The position numbers and the translations under genes are program-made. A DNA stretch of 63,068 bases, filler included, from Craspedostauros australis (lineage: Eukaryota), in assembly GCA_030167865.1 (NCBI GenBank). It is 9 parts of 9 records of this genome, joined end to end, with 100 filler letters (N's around TTAATTAATTAA, not from the genome) between each part and the next. Parts side by side here need not be neighbours in the genome. Positions count along the whole stretch, not along the records: positions 1 to 25,662 come from JALAGF010005436.1; 8 more parts are not named here. One strand, 5' to 3'. Positions within the stretch are counted from its first letter, which is position 1, and the number at the start of each line of letters is the position of its first letter. Of this stretch, positions 1 through 9,842 are shown piece after piece. Below the pieces are notes generated by a model that was not told the DNA's origin, ran no database searches, and worked only from the letters and a program-made list of their open reading frames with translations.

Positions 1-760
1 CTGCGACTCCGAAGAGAAACACCAAACGCTCACTCAGACGCCCAAAGGCAACAACCCCAATGGCACCTTAATTACTCCACACATTAATAGTCCCACACAA
101 GTCAATCAACCACAACACGAACAAATGCACACTTAATCAGCAAAACCAGCAGTTGCCAACAACACAGGAGTGGTGCTTCTCGGGTTTGTGAGTTGCTTCG
201 CTCTCCGCACTCCAACACTGGTTGCCCCGGTCATGCTATTCAGTCCAAGCCGCTGTAGCGTACGTGTTTCATTTCAGCTTATTTTCCGACCTATGGTAAT
301 TTTTATTTTTTACCGTTGCTCCCAGAGAGTGATGATGTCTGCTGATGCGATGGTTTGCCTCTGCCGAGCCATTTTTCTCGCTTTGTTGATGAATTGTGTT
401 GAGCCGTAATTACCGCAGATCCCAATTTGTTATTATTGTTTGTTATAATTACCCTTAACTACCTAAAGATACGTTTCAACGTTTGTTGACATTTTGTGAG
501 ACAGAACGCAGGTTCATGCGGATGGCTTGTCGTACCATCCGCAGGCAAAGACAGCAACATCGACCGCAACCCGAATTAGGTACGACTATGATACCATGCA
601 TACTCATACATCAGAGGCAACGTTCGTGAAAGACGAAAGAGACGGAAAGAGCGAGCGAGAGAGATAGACATAGAGAGCAATGGGAACGATGCGACTCCGT
701 TCCGATGCAGTGTTCCACGTGCATGAAAGGAAGATGAAGACATTCCTCACTTGCCGCAAG

Positions 761-2215
761 ATGATGGCTCGACCATCACTGACGTTGCTGACAACAGCCA
801 TCACAATGGTGATGGCAACGACCATGGCAATGGCATGCATCCCAATTGCGGAAGCTGCATTGGCGTCCGCGTACGCGTCAACATCAACATCAACTACGAC
901 GGCGGGGACGAGGGCGCACAGCGCAGCTTTCGTGTTTCAGTCTCACAGACGCACCTTTGGTCCAACTCATGATACTCGTGACGGTAGAAACCACTTGCCA
1001 CAGACAACTGCTCAGGGAAAAACGTACATCGGCACTCATCCGCATGCGTTCGATCCGCATCGATCTTTGCAAATTCTGCAGTCCAGTACGCAGAGCAGTG
1101 GCGACGACTTCGACGCAGCGCAACAACCACCCACGGTGCATCTATCCACGCACCAAGCCAACTATACCCTCACTCGTCCTGACGATGACTTGGAGTACCA
1201 ATACGAGTACAAATACAACAAACTGACAATCCAGCACAGCTCTCCGCAATCAGGCAGCCAACCTTCGTCGCGCAACGGCACTACCACCGGCGTCCTGCTC
1301 ATCCACCCCATCGGCGTCGGCATCGGCCGATGGTTCTACGATCGACTATTGCACTCCATTCAACAACATGTCACAGCAGCAAAGAGTACAGGCGTTGGCG
1401 CAAGTGACACCACCTTCTTCATTCCGGACCTGCTGGGAAGTGATAGCGCAAGCAACCCATCGAGCGACAGCAACGCACGTTATCCGCTCCTCAACATTTC
1501 CGACTGGACATCGCAGTTGGAATCGTTGTTGCACGAAAATGACGACGAGATCACGGATTGGTACATCGTTGCCAACGGTGGCTGTTCGCCCATCGCCTTG
1601 CAGTTGGCGGCAGCACGCAGCGCTTCGCCCAACATCATCCTTTCCTCTTTGCCCAGCCTCCCGTTCTTCCTCAATGCCACCGATCCGAAGCGCGTCGCGC
1701 GGTCCTACCGCATCCTGTGCGGACCGCTTGGACAGATGTTCTGGTGGTACGCGTGCCGACCATCTTTCATCGAGAACTTCTCCAAACGCAACCTGATTGC
1801 CAACGCCACCAAGCTGGGCGCCGATTGGATCGAGAACTGCGTGTCGTGCGGCAAGCAGAATCGAGGTCGATCCAAGTATGCCACGTTCGCCTTTTTGGCG
1901 GGCACTTTGCAAGATGGGTGCGTGGCATCATTGGCGCGGTTGCAGCAGCACGCATCGTCATCGGCCGTCATCCATACCATCCGCGGGTTGGATAAGCGTC
2001 CCAACGAAGCACGCAGCGTGTTTTGGAAGAAGCGCAAGAAGCCACAACCAACGCAGAAAACGTTTCGCGAATACATTGAAGGCGTTGGGCTGGCGGGCCG
2101 TGAAGAGTATGTGAATGGGCGGATCAGTTTGGCGTACGAAGATCCAGATGGATACGCAGCGGCGATCTTCGCATGCATGAATGATGGCGGCACTTCCGAT
2201 AGGACTATAGAGTGA
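761..2215 (+). CDS. Alpha/beta-hydrolase-fold protein with probable bipartite (signal + transit) plastid-targeting leader
   Basis: Long ORF (680..2215), likely ATG at 761. Hydrophobic leader ending ASA-Y or SAA-F, then an S/T-rich stretch. Motifs VLLIHPIGVGIGRWFYDRL and FIPDLLG are typical of alpha/beta hydrolases. The expected nucleophile elbow reads VANGGCS (non-canonical). Confidence 0.7.
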   Translation: MMARPSLTLLTTAITMVMATTMAMACIPIAEAALASAYASTSTSTTTAGTRAHSAAFVFQSHRRTFGPTHDTRDGRNHLPQTTAQGKTYIGTHPHAFDPHRSLQILQSSTQSSGDDFDAAQQPPTVHLSTHQANYTLTRPDDDLEYQYEYKYNKLTIQHSSPQSGSQPSSRNGTTTGVLLIHPIGVGIGRWFYDRLLHSIQQHVTAAKSTGVGASDTTFFIPDLLGSDSASNPSSDSNARYPLLNISDWTSQLESLLHENDDEITDWYIVANGGCSPIALQLAAARSASPNIILSSLPSLPFFLNATDPKRVARSYRILCGPLGQMFWWYACRPSFIENFSKRNLIANATKLGADWIENCVSCGKQNRGRSKYATFAFLAGTLQDGCVASLARLQQHASSSAVIHTIRGLDKRPNEARSVFWKKRKKPQPTQKTFREYIEGVGLAGREEYVNGRISLAYEDPDGYAAAIFACMNDGGTSDRTIE

Positions 2216-2325
2216 TATGATTTCATCCGAGTAACTGTAGCACGCTAAGTACTGTTGGTTAAAGAGAGTCAGCGAGATTATGGCTTTGAAGAGATGGATA
2301 ATCGGTTCTGCATGACAGCATCCAC

Positions 2326-3411
2326 TCAATGCTCCTTGAGCGGCACGACAAGAATGCGACATCGACGACCTATTGTCTCCGTGGAATCGCCTTCACTTTC
2401 CGAATTTGCTGTTCCTATGCATTGCGTCACCGATAGAACGAGGCTATCGCCGACGCCGATCTCGCGTTCCGCAACGGCACGATAACCTTGGACGATATTC
2501 TGCACTGCTTCTTCGACACTGCAATGCACGTGGGTGGATCGAGCCAGCGAAGGTGCCTCTCTCATCGTGCGAGTACGAACATCCTCCGAGTTCAGTGCCG
2601 ATGAAGCCGGTGAAGAAAATGTCTGATCAAGGATGGGTTGCAGCAGATGGCGTCCCGTACCACCTGTCGCAACAGCGACTTGCTCGTACGATCCGATGGC
2701 ATCGTAGCAGTAGGCAACGCCACCGCGGCCGTCGTTGCTCATACCAGACACAACGCAGAAGCTGTAGAATGGAAATCCACGTCGCAGGTAGAGGAACTGG
2801 CTCAGGAGGTTGGCTACTTGCCTCGCGTCATTCGACTTGGAATGGCCAAAGTAGGTCGCCGCAGTGAGTTCGCTTTGGATCGTGCTCTTGAGGGCCGTGC
2901 AATCCGTGCTGCAGCCAGTCGATGCTATCCACACGGGACATGGCTCGTGGACGTCGTGGGAAACGAAGTCTGCTTGTGTGTAGTCCTCAAACAGGCTCGA
3001 TGTCGAACCTGATGACGATGATATCTTCTCCTTGGATGCACTGTTGTTGGTGACATCCGATCTCGCACCATTCGACAGGATTTGCGATAGATCGGGCTGA
3101 TCATCCCCACCCTGCGGCATCCACATGCGATCGCTGATGCGCTGCCGTGACAGCAGCTGATATCCGCCCTCCCCGATCATGCGCGTATCCGTTGCAACGA
3201 TGGCGAAGTCTCTGCCTGCCACTGCGCACGCCAACCCACCATTGAGCTCGTACGGATCAAACTTCGCACGGCATTGTTGCACGAGCAACGCTAGCGCCAT
3301 CAGCACCACAAAAGAAGGCACCCGTGCGCATGCTGATGTCCTTGAATGGAGCGATCGCCGATGGGAGCGGGAACCTCTCGCAGACGATGATACTCGTGCT
3401 GGTGCTCTCAT
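2326..3411 (-). CDS. PSMB1: 20S proteasome subunit beta type-1/beta6-like, divergent, with N-terminal signal-peptide-like extension
   Basis: FDPYELNGGLACAVAGRDFAIVATDTR, LSQFLYLRRGFPFY, YDAIGSYE, LLQPILD and AEREIGVGD match the beta6/Pre7 consensus. First ATG at 3411 (3441 is GTG). Confidence 0.88.
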   Translation of the reverse strand: MRAPARVSSSARGSRSHRRSLHSRTSACARVPSFVVLMALALLVQQCRAKFDPYELNGGLACAVAGRDFAIVATDTRMIGEGGYQLLSRQRISDRMWMPQGGDDQPDLSQILSNGARSDVTNNSASKEKISSSSGSTSSLFEDYTQADFVSHDVHEPCPVWIASTGCSTDCTALKSTIQSELTAATYFGHSKSNDARQVANLLSQFLYLRRGFPFYSFCVVSGMSNDGRGGVAYCYDAIGSYEQVAVATGGTGRHLLQPILDQTFSSPASSALNSEDVRTRTMREAPSLARSTHVHCSVEEAVQNIVQGYRAVAEREIGVGDSLVLSVTQCIGTANSESEGDSTETIGRRCRILVVPLKEH

Positions 3412-3894
3412 CGTTCTTGTCTTCGTACAATAGCTGCGCACGACTATTGGTAGTATACAATATAATGTTATATACTATTATAGAATATATAATAGATCGT
3501 AGGTAAGCAATCATGTCCATCTCCATGTTCTTTGGAGTGCTCGTGTTGCGGTTCCAGCACGACATTCCTTCTGTGCTGCGCTTTTGTTGTTGGTTTCGGA
3601 TCTCGTTTTCAAGTCGGCATTTGTGGGACTCAAAGAAGCTACGAGTCACGAGCTATTTGTGCCATGTCCTCCTCCTTCCGACGACCGGCGACGTTCCACA
3701 CAACAATGGTCTCCTTCACTCCACTGCGCCCCTTCGATCTACTACTACTGAAGTAGAAGGGACGCATCATCACAACTCCACCAAACAGGAGCAACGGCGA
3801 TACGTGGGATACTCGCGGCAACGTCGGCAGTGTGCCTCTTCGGACGGCTCGAGTGCCATGTCATCATAATCTGCACCTGCACCATCTCAGAACG

Positions 3895-4929
3895 ATGACA
3901 CCGACGGAAGCAACAGCAGCAGCAACATCAGCACGGAGAGCAACGCCTGCCCTCATGTCGATGACGCCATCAAGGATGCCCAAAGGCAGCAGCCGGTCGA
4001 ATGCCACTTTGATGCTGGGGATCGTGATCATTCTGCTGCAACTGATTCAACACATGCGCACTCTACCTGAATGGACGCGCAGGGACGGGTGTGCGCAGGA
4101 CAGTCAGATGGCGAACCTCATGGGAAGCCAAACTCGTGCAGAGGCAGATCAAACGCAGAGGAGACGGTACACGGGCCTCGCCATCACAGCATCGCTCAAT
4201 CACAAGAGGGACGACTTCAACCTCAATATCAAACGCAAGATGAAGTTCGAATTCATCGGATCATGGTACGATTCGCTGCACCAATTCCCCGACATGAAGG
4301 GCGTCATCATCAACACCATGTTCAACGCGAAGGCGCAGAGCAAGCTCACCACAGACCAGGTCAACTTCGTCAATGTGAATCTGCAAAGCGCGTTGCACAG
4401 CAAATGCGCCAATCGATCGTTGAACGACCAGCGATTCTTCTTCATTGAGAACTACCTGCAGAGACGGCTCGCCCCCAATGCGACGCAGGATGAGCCACTC
4501 GATTACATCCTCCTGACCGACGGACAGGACGTCTCCTTCTTCCGCAACCCGTTCGAGTACATGCGAGTGATGGATGAGACGACCGGCGGCGATCCGCACT
4601 TGTTCGTCGGCAGCGAGTTCTTTGTTGCCGAGGAAGGCATGCAATGGCAAAATAAGAATTGGATGGAATGTTTCGACATGCCATACACGTACCAGCTGTT
4701 CTTGAATGCCGGCATCATCGGCGGCCATGTTTCCGTCGTGTTGCCACTCATTCAGGAAATGAATCGTTGGATGTTGCCGGCGCCTGTTCCAGTCTGTGAT
4801 CAAGCCGCGTTGCAGCTCGTGGCCATGACTGCGCACGCGGATAGGATCATCACGGGGTATCCGCTGCACACGCGGTTCAAGGAATATCAACCGCAGAACG
4901 AATCGAGGGCGTACATTCAGCACAAGTGA
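3895..4929 (+). CDS. Type II membrane glycosyltransferase-like protein (GT-A/PLOD-GT-like), paralogue 1
   Basis: N-terminal TM anchor (TLMLGIVIILLQLIQ), then YILLTDGQDV, FVGSE, FLNAGIIGG and CDQ motifs resembling the PLOD/LH3 glycosyltransferase domain. ATG at 3895. Confidence 0.65.
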   Translation: MTPTEATAAATSARRATPALMSMTPSRMPKGSSRSNATLMLGIVIILLQLIQHMRTLPEWTRRDGCAQDSQMANLMGSQTRAEADQTQRRRYTGLAITASLNHKRDDFNLNIKRKMKFEFIGSWYDSLHQFPDMKGVIINTMFNAKAQSKLTTDQVNFVNVNLQSALHSKCANRSLNDQRFFFIENYLQRRLAPNATQDEPLDYILLTDGQDVSFFRNPFEYMRVMDETTGGDPHLFVGSEFFVAEEGMQWQNKNWMECFDMPYTYQLFLNAGIIGGHVSVVLPLIQEMNRWMLPAPVPVCDQAALQLVAMTAHADRIITGYPLHTRFKEYQPQNESRAYIQHK

Positions 4930-5967
4930 GGAGGAGAGGACGCATGGGCAGCGCGAGAAGGGGGAATGTACCGTTGGGGCACGGTATCCATGGTCATGAG
5001 TCTAACATCATGGCAAACTGTATGAAGTATTGAATACAACAACGAGCTGGTCGGTGTGGTTGATCTGCATGGTCTAACGGAATACTTGCATCATGGAATA
5101 GTGTTCTTAGGAAGATTTGGAGCACGTACGCCATGTGACACAATCGAGATGTTGTGGTAGGTCCGACGTACGACGTAGGACTTACAAGTATGCCTGCGAA
5201 GACTAGTTTCAGAGGTTGGTAGCTTCTCTTGCGATGTCGGGATTGGCTGTTGTCCCTCGCAAAATGTCCAGAATGACTGAAATGGCCGGCGCAACACAAA
5301 GACAACATTGAAAAATTTAGCGACGCAAGGAAACACAACAACTGTTCCTCGGGAGGCACGGTAATTTAGTTGAAAGCGCGTTGAGACGACCTACGCAAGA
5401 ATCCATCCAGTCCGGTCCCGTTCACAAACCACGGTTCACTCGAATGCGTCGAACGATGACACTTGGGAATTAGTCGATGTGGTCGTCCGCACACGGAGTG
5501 GAGTTTCAACAAAATTACCGTGTCTTGTTGTAGAGAAAATTAGCGTACTCTGCTCAAGATAGCAGTACATGGAAATGGTTGATGTGTTTCCTTTCGTGGC
5601 TAAATTATTTTTTCATTGTTGTCTTCGTGATGCGCCGCCGATTGCAGTCATCCAATCATCATGTCAGGCACCAAAATGACCCCCTGGTCAGTGAATTGTT
5701 CCGACAAAAAACAACAACGCTGGACCCAGGAGAACCAATGCACAAAGCACAACACTCATCACCTCCAAGGACCACCCTTCTCCGTCTCATGGCATTGCAC
5801 TGTCCTCGATGCAGGTTCCAAACACACACAGCACCATACGGTAGAATAGAACAAACAGATCCCTCCGCACAGAACTATTCTAGGATATCATATTACTATA
5901 TATCATATTCTATAATATTATAATACGTAATACGACGATAGAAGAACAGAAAGACGCAGAATCCAAG

Positions 5968-7047
5968 ATGGCCAGGAAACAGCGAAGAGTCACCACTGCT
6001 CGCAACTCCACTTCATCAACGTCGCCATCGCCTTCGTCCCAATGTGGCAACCGACAGAACTACGGCATGATGATGGTTCTCGTCGCGATCATCACCCTTC
6101 AGATCATCCAGCAGCTGGGACAGCAGTCTGCTGGGATGATAGCAAGCGCATGCGTGAAGGACACGCCGATGTCGGATGGGGTTGGAGCTGTGAACTCAGC
6201 CGCACAGGCGGCAAGTCCTGCGAACGCTGCAACCGCGGCCATCGGAAAGCCCGATGCGACGCTGGCACGAGACGAAAGACACGGCGGCCTTGCCATCGTA
6301 TCATCCTTCAATCACCTGAAGGACAAGCACAACATGGCTCCAAAGCGGCGGCAGAAGTTCGAGTACATCCAGTCATGGTACGAGTCTCTGCACAAATTCC
6401 CAGACATCAAAGGCATCGTCTTCAACACCATGTACGATTCCGACTTCCAGAAAGAAAAGACCACAGATCAGGTCAAGTTCATCGACGTGGATCTGACCAG
6501 CGCAACATCTCTCAAATGCGCCCAGAAATCGTTGAATGACCAACGATTCTTCCACATCGAAGAGTACCTGACGGAACGGCTCCAAGGAAACTCGACGCAC
6601 CATGACGACGAGCCGCTCGATTACGTTTTGCTGACCGACGGGCAAGACATCACCTTCCTTCGAAATCCATTCGAATACATGAGGGCGACAGACCAGCTGA
6701 TCGGAGGCAAGCCCAATTTGTTTGTCGGAAGCGAGTTCGAGATCATCGACAGAGGCATCGAGTGGCAGAATGGAAAATGGCAGGTATGTTTCGGCATGGA
6801 ATTCAAACAAAGGCGGTTTCTGAATGCCGGCATCATCGGTGGACACGTTTCCGTCCTGATGCCATTTCTGAGAGCAATGAACAGTCGCATCCTGTCATCG
6901 CCCAACCCGTTCTGCGATCAGGCGTCGCTGCAGCTCGTCACCATGGAAATGTTCGCCGACAGGATCATCACGGGGTTCCCGCTGCACACGGTGTTCAAAG
7001 GCGAACAAGGAGAGAATGAATCAACTGCGTACATCAAGCACAAATAA
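5968..7047 (+). CDS. Type II membrane glycosyltransferase-like protein, paralogue 2 (tandem duplicate)
   Basis: Colinear with the 3895..4929 protein (SLNDQRFF, LLTDGQD, LNAGIIGGHVS, CDQ, YI.HK-stop). The stem region differs. Confidence 0.65.
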   Translation: MARKQRRVTTARNSTSSTSPSPSSQCGNRQNYGMMMVLVAIITLQIIQQLGQQSAGMIASACVKDTPMSDGVGAVNSAAQAASPANAATAAIGKPDATLARDERHGGLAIVSSFNHLKDKHNMAPKRRQKFEYIQSWYESLHKFPDIKGIVFNTMYDSDFQKEKTTDQVKFIDVDLTSATSLKCAQKSLNDQRFFHIEEYLTERLQGNSTHHDDEPLDYVLLTDGQDITFLRNPFEYMRATDQLIGGKPNLFVGSEFEIIDRGIEWQNGKWQVCFGMEFKQRRFLNAGIIGGHVSVLMPFLRAMNSRILSSPNPFCDQASLQLVTMEMFADRIITGFPLHTVFKGEQGENESTAYIKHK

Positions 7048-7582
7048 ATAATGGCGATGGCGACGAATGATGGTGTGGAATACGACCAGAGAAATGTCGG
7101 CATTGTTTCATAGAGTTGGATGAGAGACAGCACAGGTGCGATCACAGCATGTGTTGGTCCTACTATGGCACGAGTGTTGCAAGGAGGAGGATATCGATTG
7201 TTAGTCGTAAAATCACAGCACGGGAGAGCAGGTTGTCTTGTCGCATGAGCACACATCCGAGCTTGGGACTTGAGAGAGCAACCGATTCGTGTCCACAACA
7301 GTTTGCCACACAGCCGGTGTGACGGCCAGACTGAAACGAGCTCGTTTGAAATCGTGGATTGATAGTATCTGCCGCAGCTCCCCATTCACAATCCAAAACG
7401 AAGAATCCATCGCCACACATTTCTGCGCGTGTCCACAACTCTGAGTTCGGATGCAACACGGCATTGTTGTTGCGATCAAGTGTCATCGATCAAGCACATA
7501 TTCTATTAGTAACATTATTATCTATCGACTCGTACAACCAACTCGTCGAAGAGATCAGCAAAAGTACTGTGCTCGATTACAA

Positions 7583-9478
7583 ATGAACTATACGTACATT
7601 GCCTTCTTCCTGGCCTACATCGCATTGACGCTGCGCTCTGTCCACGAGGCAGCAAAGCCAGGATCATTGTGCGGAAAGCATGCAGGAGCGCCGTGCTTTC
7701 GTCCTCTCCTGAAGGAAGGCGACGCTGTCTCCATGGTTATTTCCGCCCAGTTGCCAATCCAATCCAATGCGACGGCGTCACAGCAGCTCAGGTTCACTCC
7801 GATCTGTCAATTCGACCTCACAGTCCCAAAGCTGAGATGGCACTACGGAAGCATGCAAGGAAATGAGACAAGCCTTCCTGGTCTCGGTTCCAGTGCGAAT
7901 GCAGACATGAATATGAATACAAATACGAATGCAACTGCGAATACGAATACGAATATGAATACAAATGCAACTGCGAATACGAATACGAATGCAACTGCGA
8001 GTGGCAGCAATCCAAGCCCCACCAGCATCCAGTGCAACGTCAGCATCCCGGATGCCATCCGTCGGCGATCTTCCAATGACCAATCGACCATGAAGCCATG
8101 GATGACGAGAATAACATTTCGATTGGATGATGGAACGGTCCTCAATCAAATCGCGTTTGATCTCACCAAGATCACAGAACGCAAGTCCAGTGCCGGGATG
8201 CTCGGAGGCAATCCCACCCACGTCGATATGATCCCATACCTCAAGTACGGCCGGGAATGGATTCACGTCCGGTGGGTTGCCGAATACCGACCGTACGGGT
8301 CGTACCATCGCAACGACGGCATCGCGTTGCAAATGTCCAACGCCACCACGTACCGACCTGCCGTTTACATCGATGAAAAGGCCGTGCGGCATTCCACAAT
8401 GATCGAAATTGGCGAATCGGGAGACGGCAAGCCGCCCATACCACTGCGCATCCGCCTCACCGCAATCTCGCCACAGCTAGACTCGATCAACATCCAAATC
8501 ATCGAAGCGCTGCGGATGATGGAATCAATGCTGGGGGCGACCTCGGAATTGGATGAGATTCGATACTTCTTGTCGGACGATAAGCTGTATCGGTTCTTCA
8601 TCACGCAGGTCATCTCCTACGTCCATCTGTGGTTGGACTACGTCGCCTTTCGGGACGAAGTCCAATTCTACCGTGGCAAACGGTCCATGAAGGGCGTTTC
8701 GGTTTCCTCCGTGGTTTCCAAATTCGTGTGCTCCTTCATCATCTTCCTGTACTTGCTCGATGGCGGCGGGACGAGCTGGTTGGTCCTTGTCAGCATCGGA
8801 AGTTCGTGTCTGGCGGAGGGCTGGAAGGTGCAAAAGGTGCTGCAACCACGCTTCCAGTGGCGCTGGCCGTGGCTTCAAACCAAGCCATGGGTGAACTCCA
8901 AAGAAGACGGCGACATCTTCGATCGCATCGCCGTCCTGAACTTGGCCATGGCCTTTTACCCCGCTGTCATTGGCTGGGCGATATATTCGTACCAGGAGCA
9001 CGACTACAAGTCCTGGTGGTCCTGGCTCATCAGCAACCTCGCCAATGCGGTGTACACCTTCGGTTTCATCTCCATGTGCCCGCAGCTGTACGTCAACTAT
9101 CGTCTCAAGAGCGTGGCACATCTGCCATGGAAGGTGTTCGTTTACAAGATGTTCAACACCTTCGTCGACGACGCCTTCGCCTTCCTCATCGACATGCCGT
9201 GGAAGCATCGGTTGATGACATTGCGCGATGACGTGGTGTTCCTGCTCTTGCTGGTGCAGGTTTACCTGTACCGTGTCGACAAGACGAGAACGAATGAATA
9301 CGGGTACGCCTACGAAGGGGAGGAGAAGCAGGAGCAAGAGCGGGGCAAAGCATTAGCAGGACAAGCAGCAGCAAGTACAGCTGCAAAGACGGAAGTACAG
9401 GCAGAAACAACACCGTGGGCGTCGCTGCAAGTGGATAATCCAACAACGACGGAGAACAAGAAGAAGAAGGACGATTAA
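7583..9478 (+). CDS. CLPTM1: CLPTM1/CLPTM1L-family multipass membrane protein (lipid scramblase family)
   Basis: The C-terminal stretch FGFISMCPQLYVNYRLKSVAHLPWKVFVYKMFNTFVDDAFAFLIDMPWKHRLMTLRDDVVFL..YLYRVDKTRTNEYG is the CLPTM1 signature. ATG at 7583. Confidence 0.92.
   Translation: MNYTYIAFFLAYIALTLRSVHEAAKPGSLCGKHAGAPCFRPLLKEGDAVSMVISAQLPIQSNATASQQLRFTPICQFDLTVPKLRWHYGSMQGNETSLPGLGSSANADMNMNTNTNATANTNTNMNTNATANTNTNATASGSNPSPTSIQCNVSIPDAIRRRSSNDQSTMKPWMTRITFRLDDGTVLNQIAFDLTKITERKSSAGMLGGNPTHVDMIPYLKYGREWIHVRWVAEYRPYGSYHRNDGIALQMSNATTYRPAVYIDEKAVRHSTMIEIGESGDGKPPIPLRIRLTAISPQLDSINIQIIEALRMMESMLGATSELDEIRYFLSDDKLYRFFITQVISYVHLWLDYVAFRDEVQFYRGKRSMKGVSVSSVVSKFVCSFIIFLYLLDGGGTSWLVLVSIGSSCLAEGWKVQKVLQPRFQWRWPWLQTKPWVNSKEDGDIFDRIAVLNLAMAFYPAVIGWAIYSYQEHDYKSWWSWLISNLANAVYTFGFISMCPQLYVNYRLKSVAHLPWKVFVYKMFNTFVDDAFAFLIDMPWKHRLMTLRDDVVFLLLLVQVYLYRVDKTRTNEYGYAYEGEEKQEQERGKALAGQAAASTAAKTEVQAETTPWASLQVDNPTTTENKKKKDD
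7895..8000 (+). repeat. In-frame low-complexity tandem repeat (GAATAC/GCAACT units) encoding an N/T/A/M tract in CLPTM1
   Basis: Repeated gaatac/gaatgcaactgc units translating to NMNTNTNATANTNT... Confidence 0.85.
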
Positions 9479-9842
9479 TGCTGCTTTATTGGAGTTCAGG
9501 GTGCGCGTGTGCGGATGAGTTTAGCGCAACTGAAAGTGTCGCCTTAATCGTAAAATAGAGTAGAGCAGAGTGTACTGTCGTCGCATTTGTGTGCGGGCAG
9601 AGCGACATGGATGCATCACAGTACTACACAGTCCTCGCACCGCGAGTAGCATGACCAATAACAACAGCTGATGAGTCGGGATAGACCTCTCGATCCATGC
9701 TCCGCTTCTTCCATTTCATTCCATTCCGGTACCATGTATCCGTACTCGAGTACTGATAGAGCGCCGATGGTACAATATCATTCGACTCCGTCCAGACATA
9801 CCATTCTCCGTCCAAAGCGGCCGCTTGCTTGCTCATCGCCCT

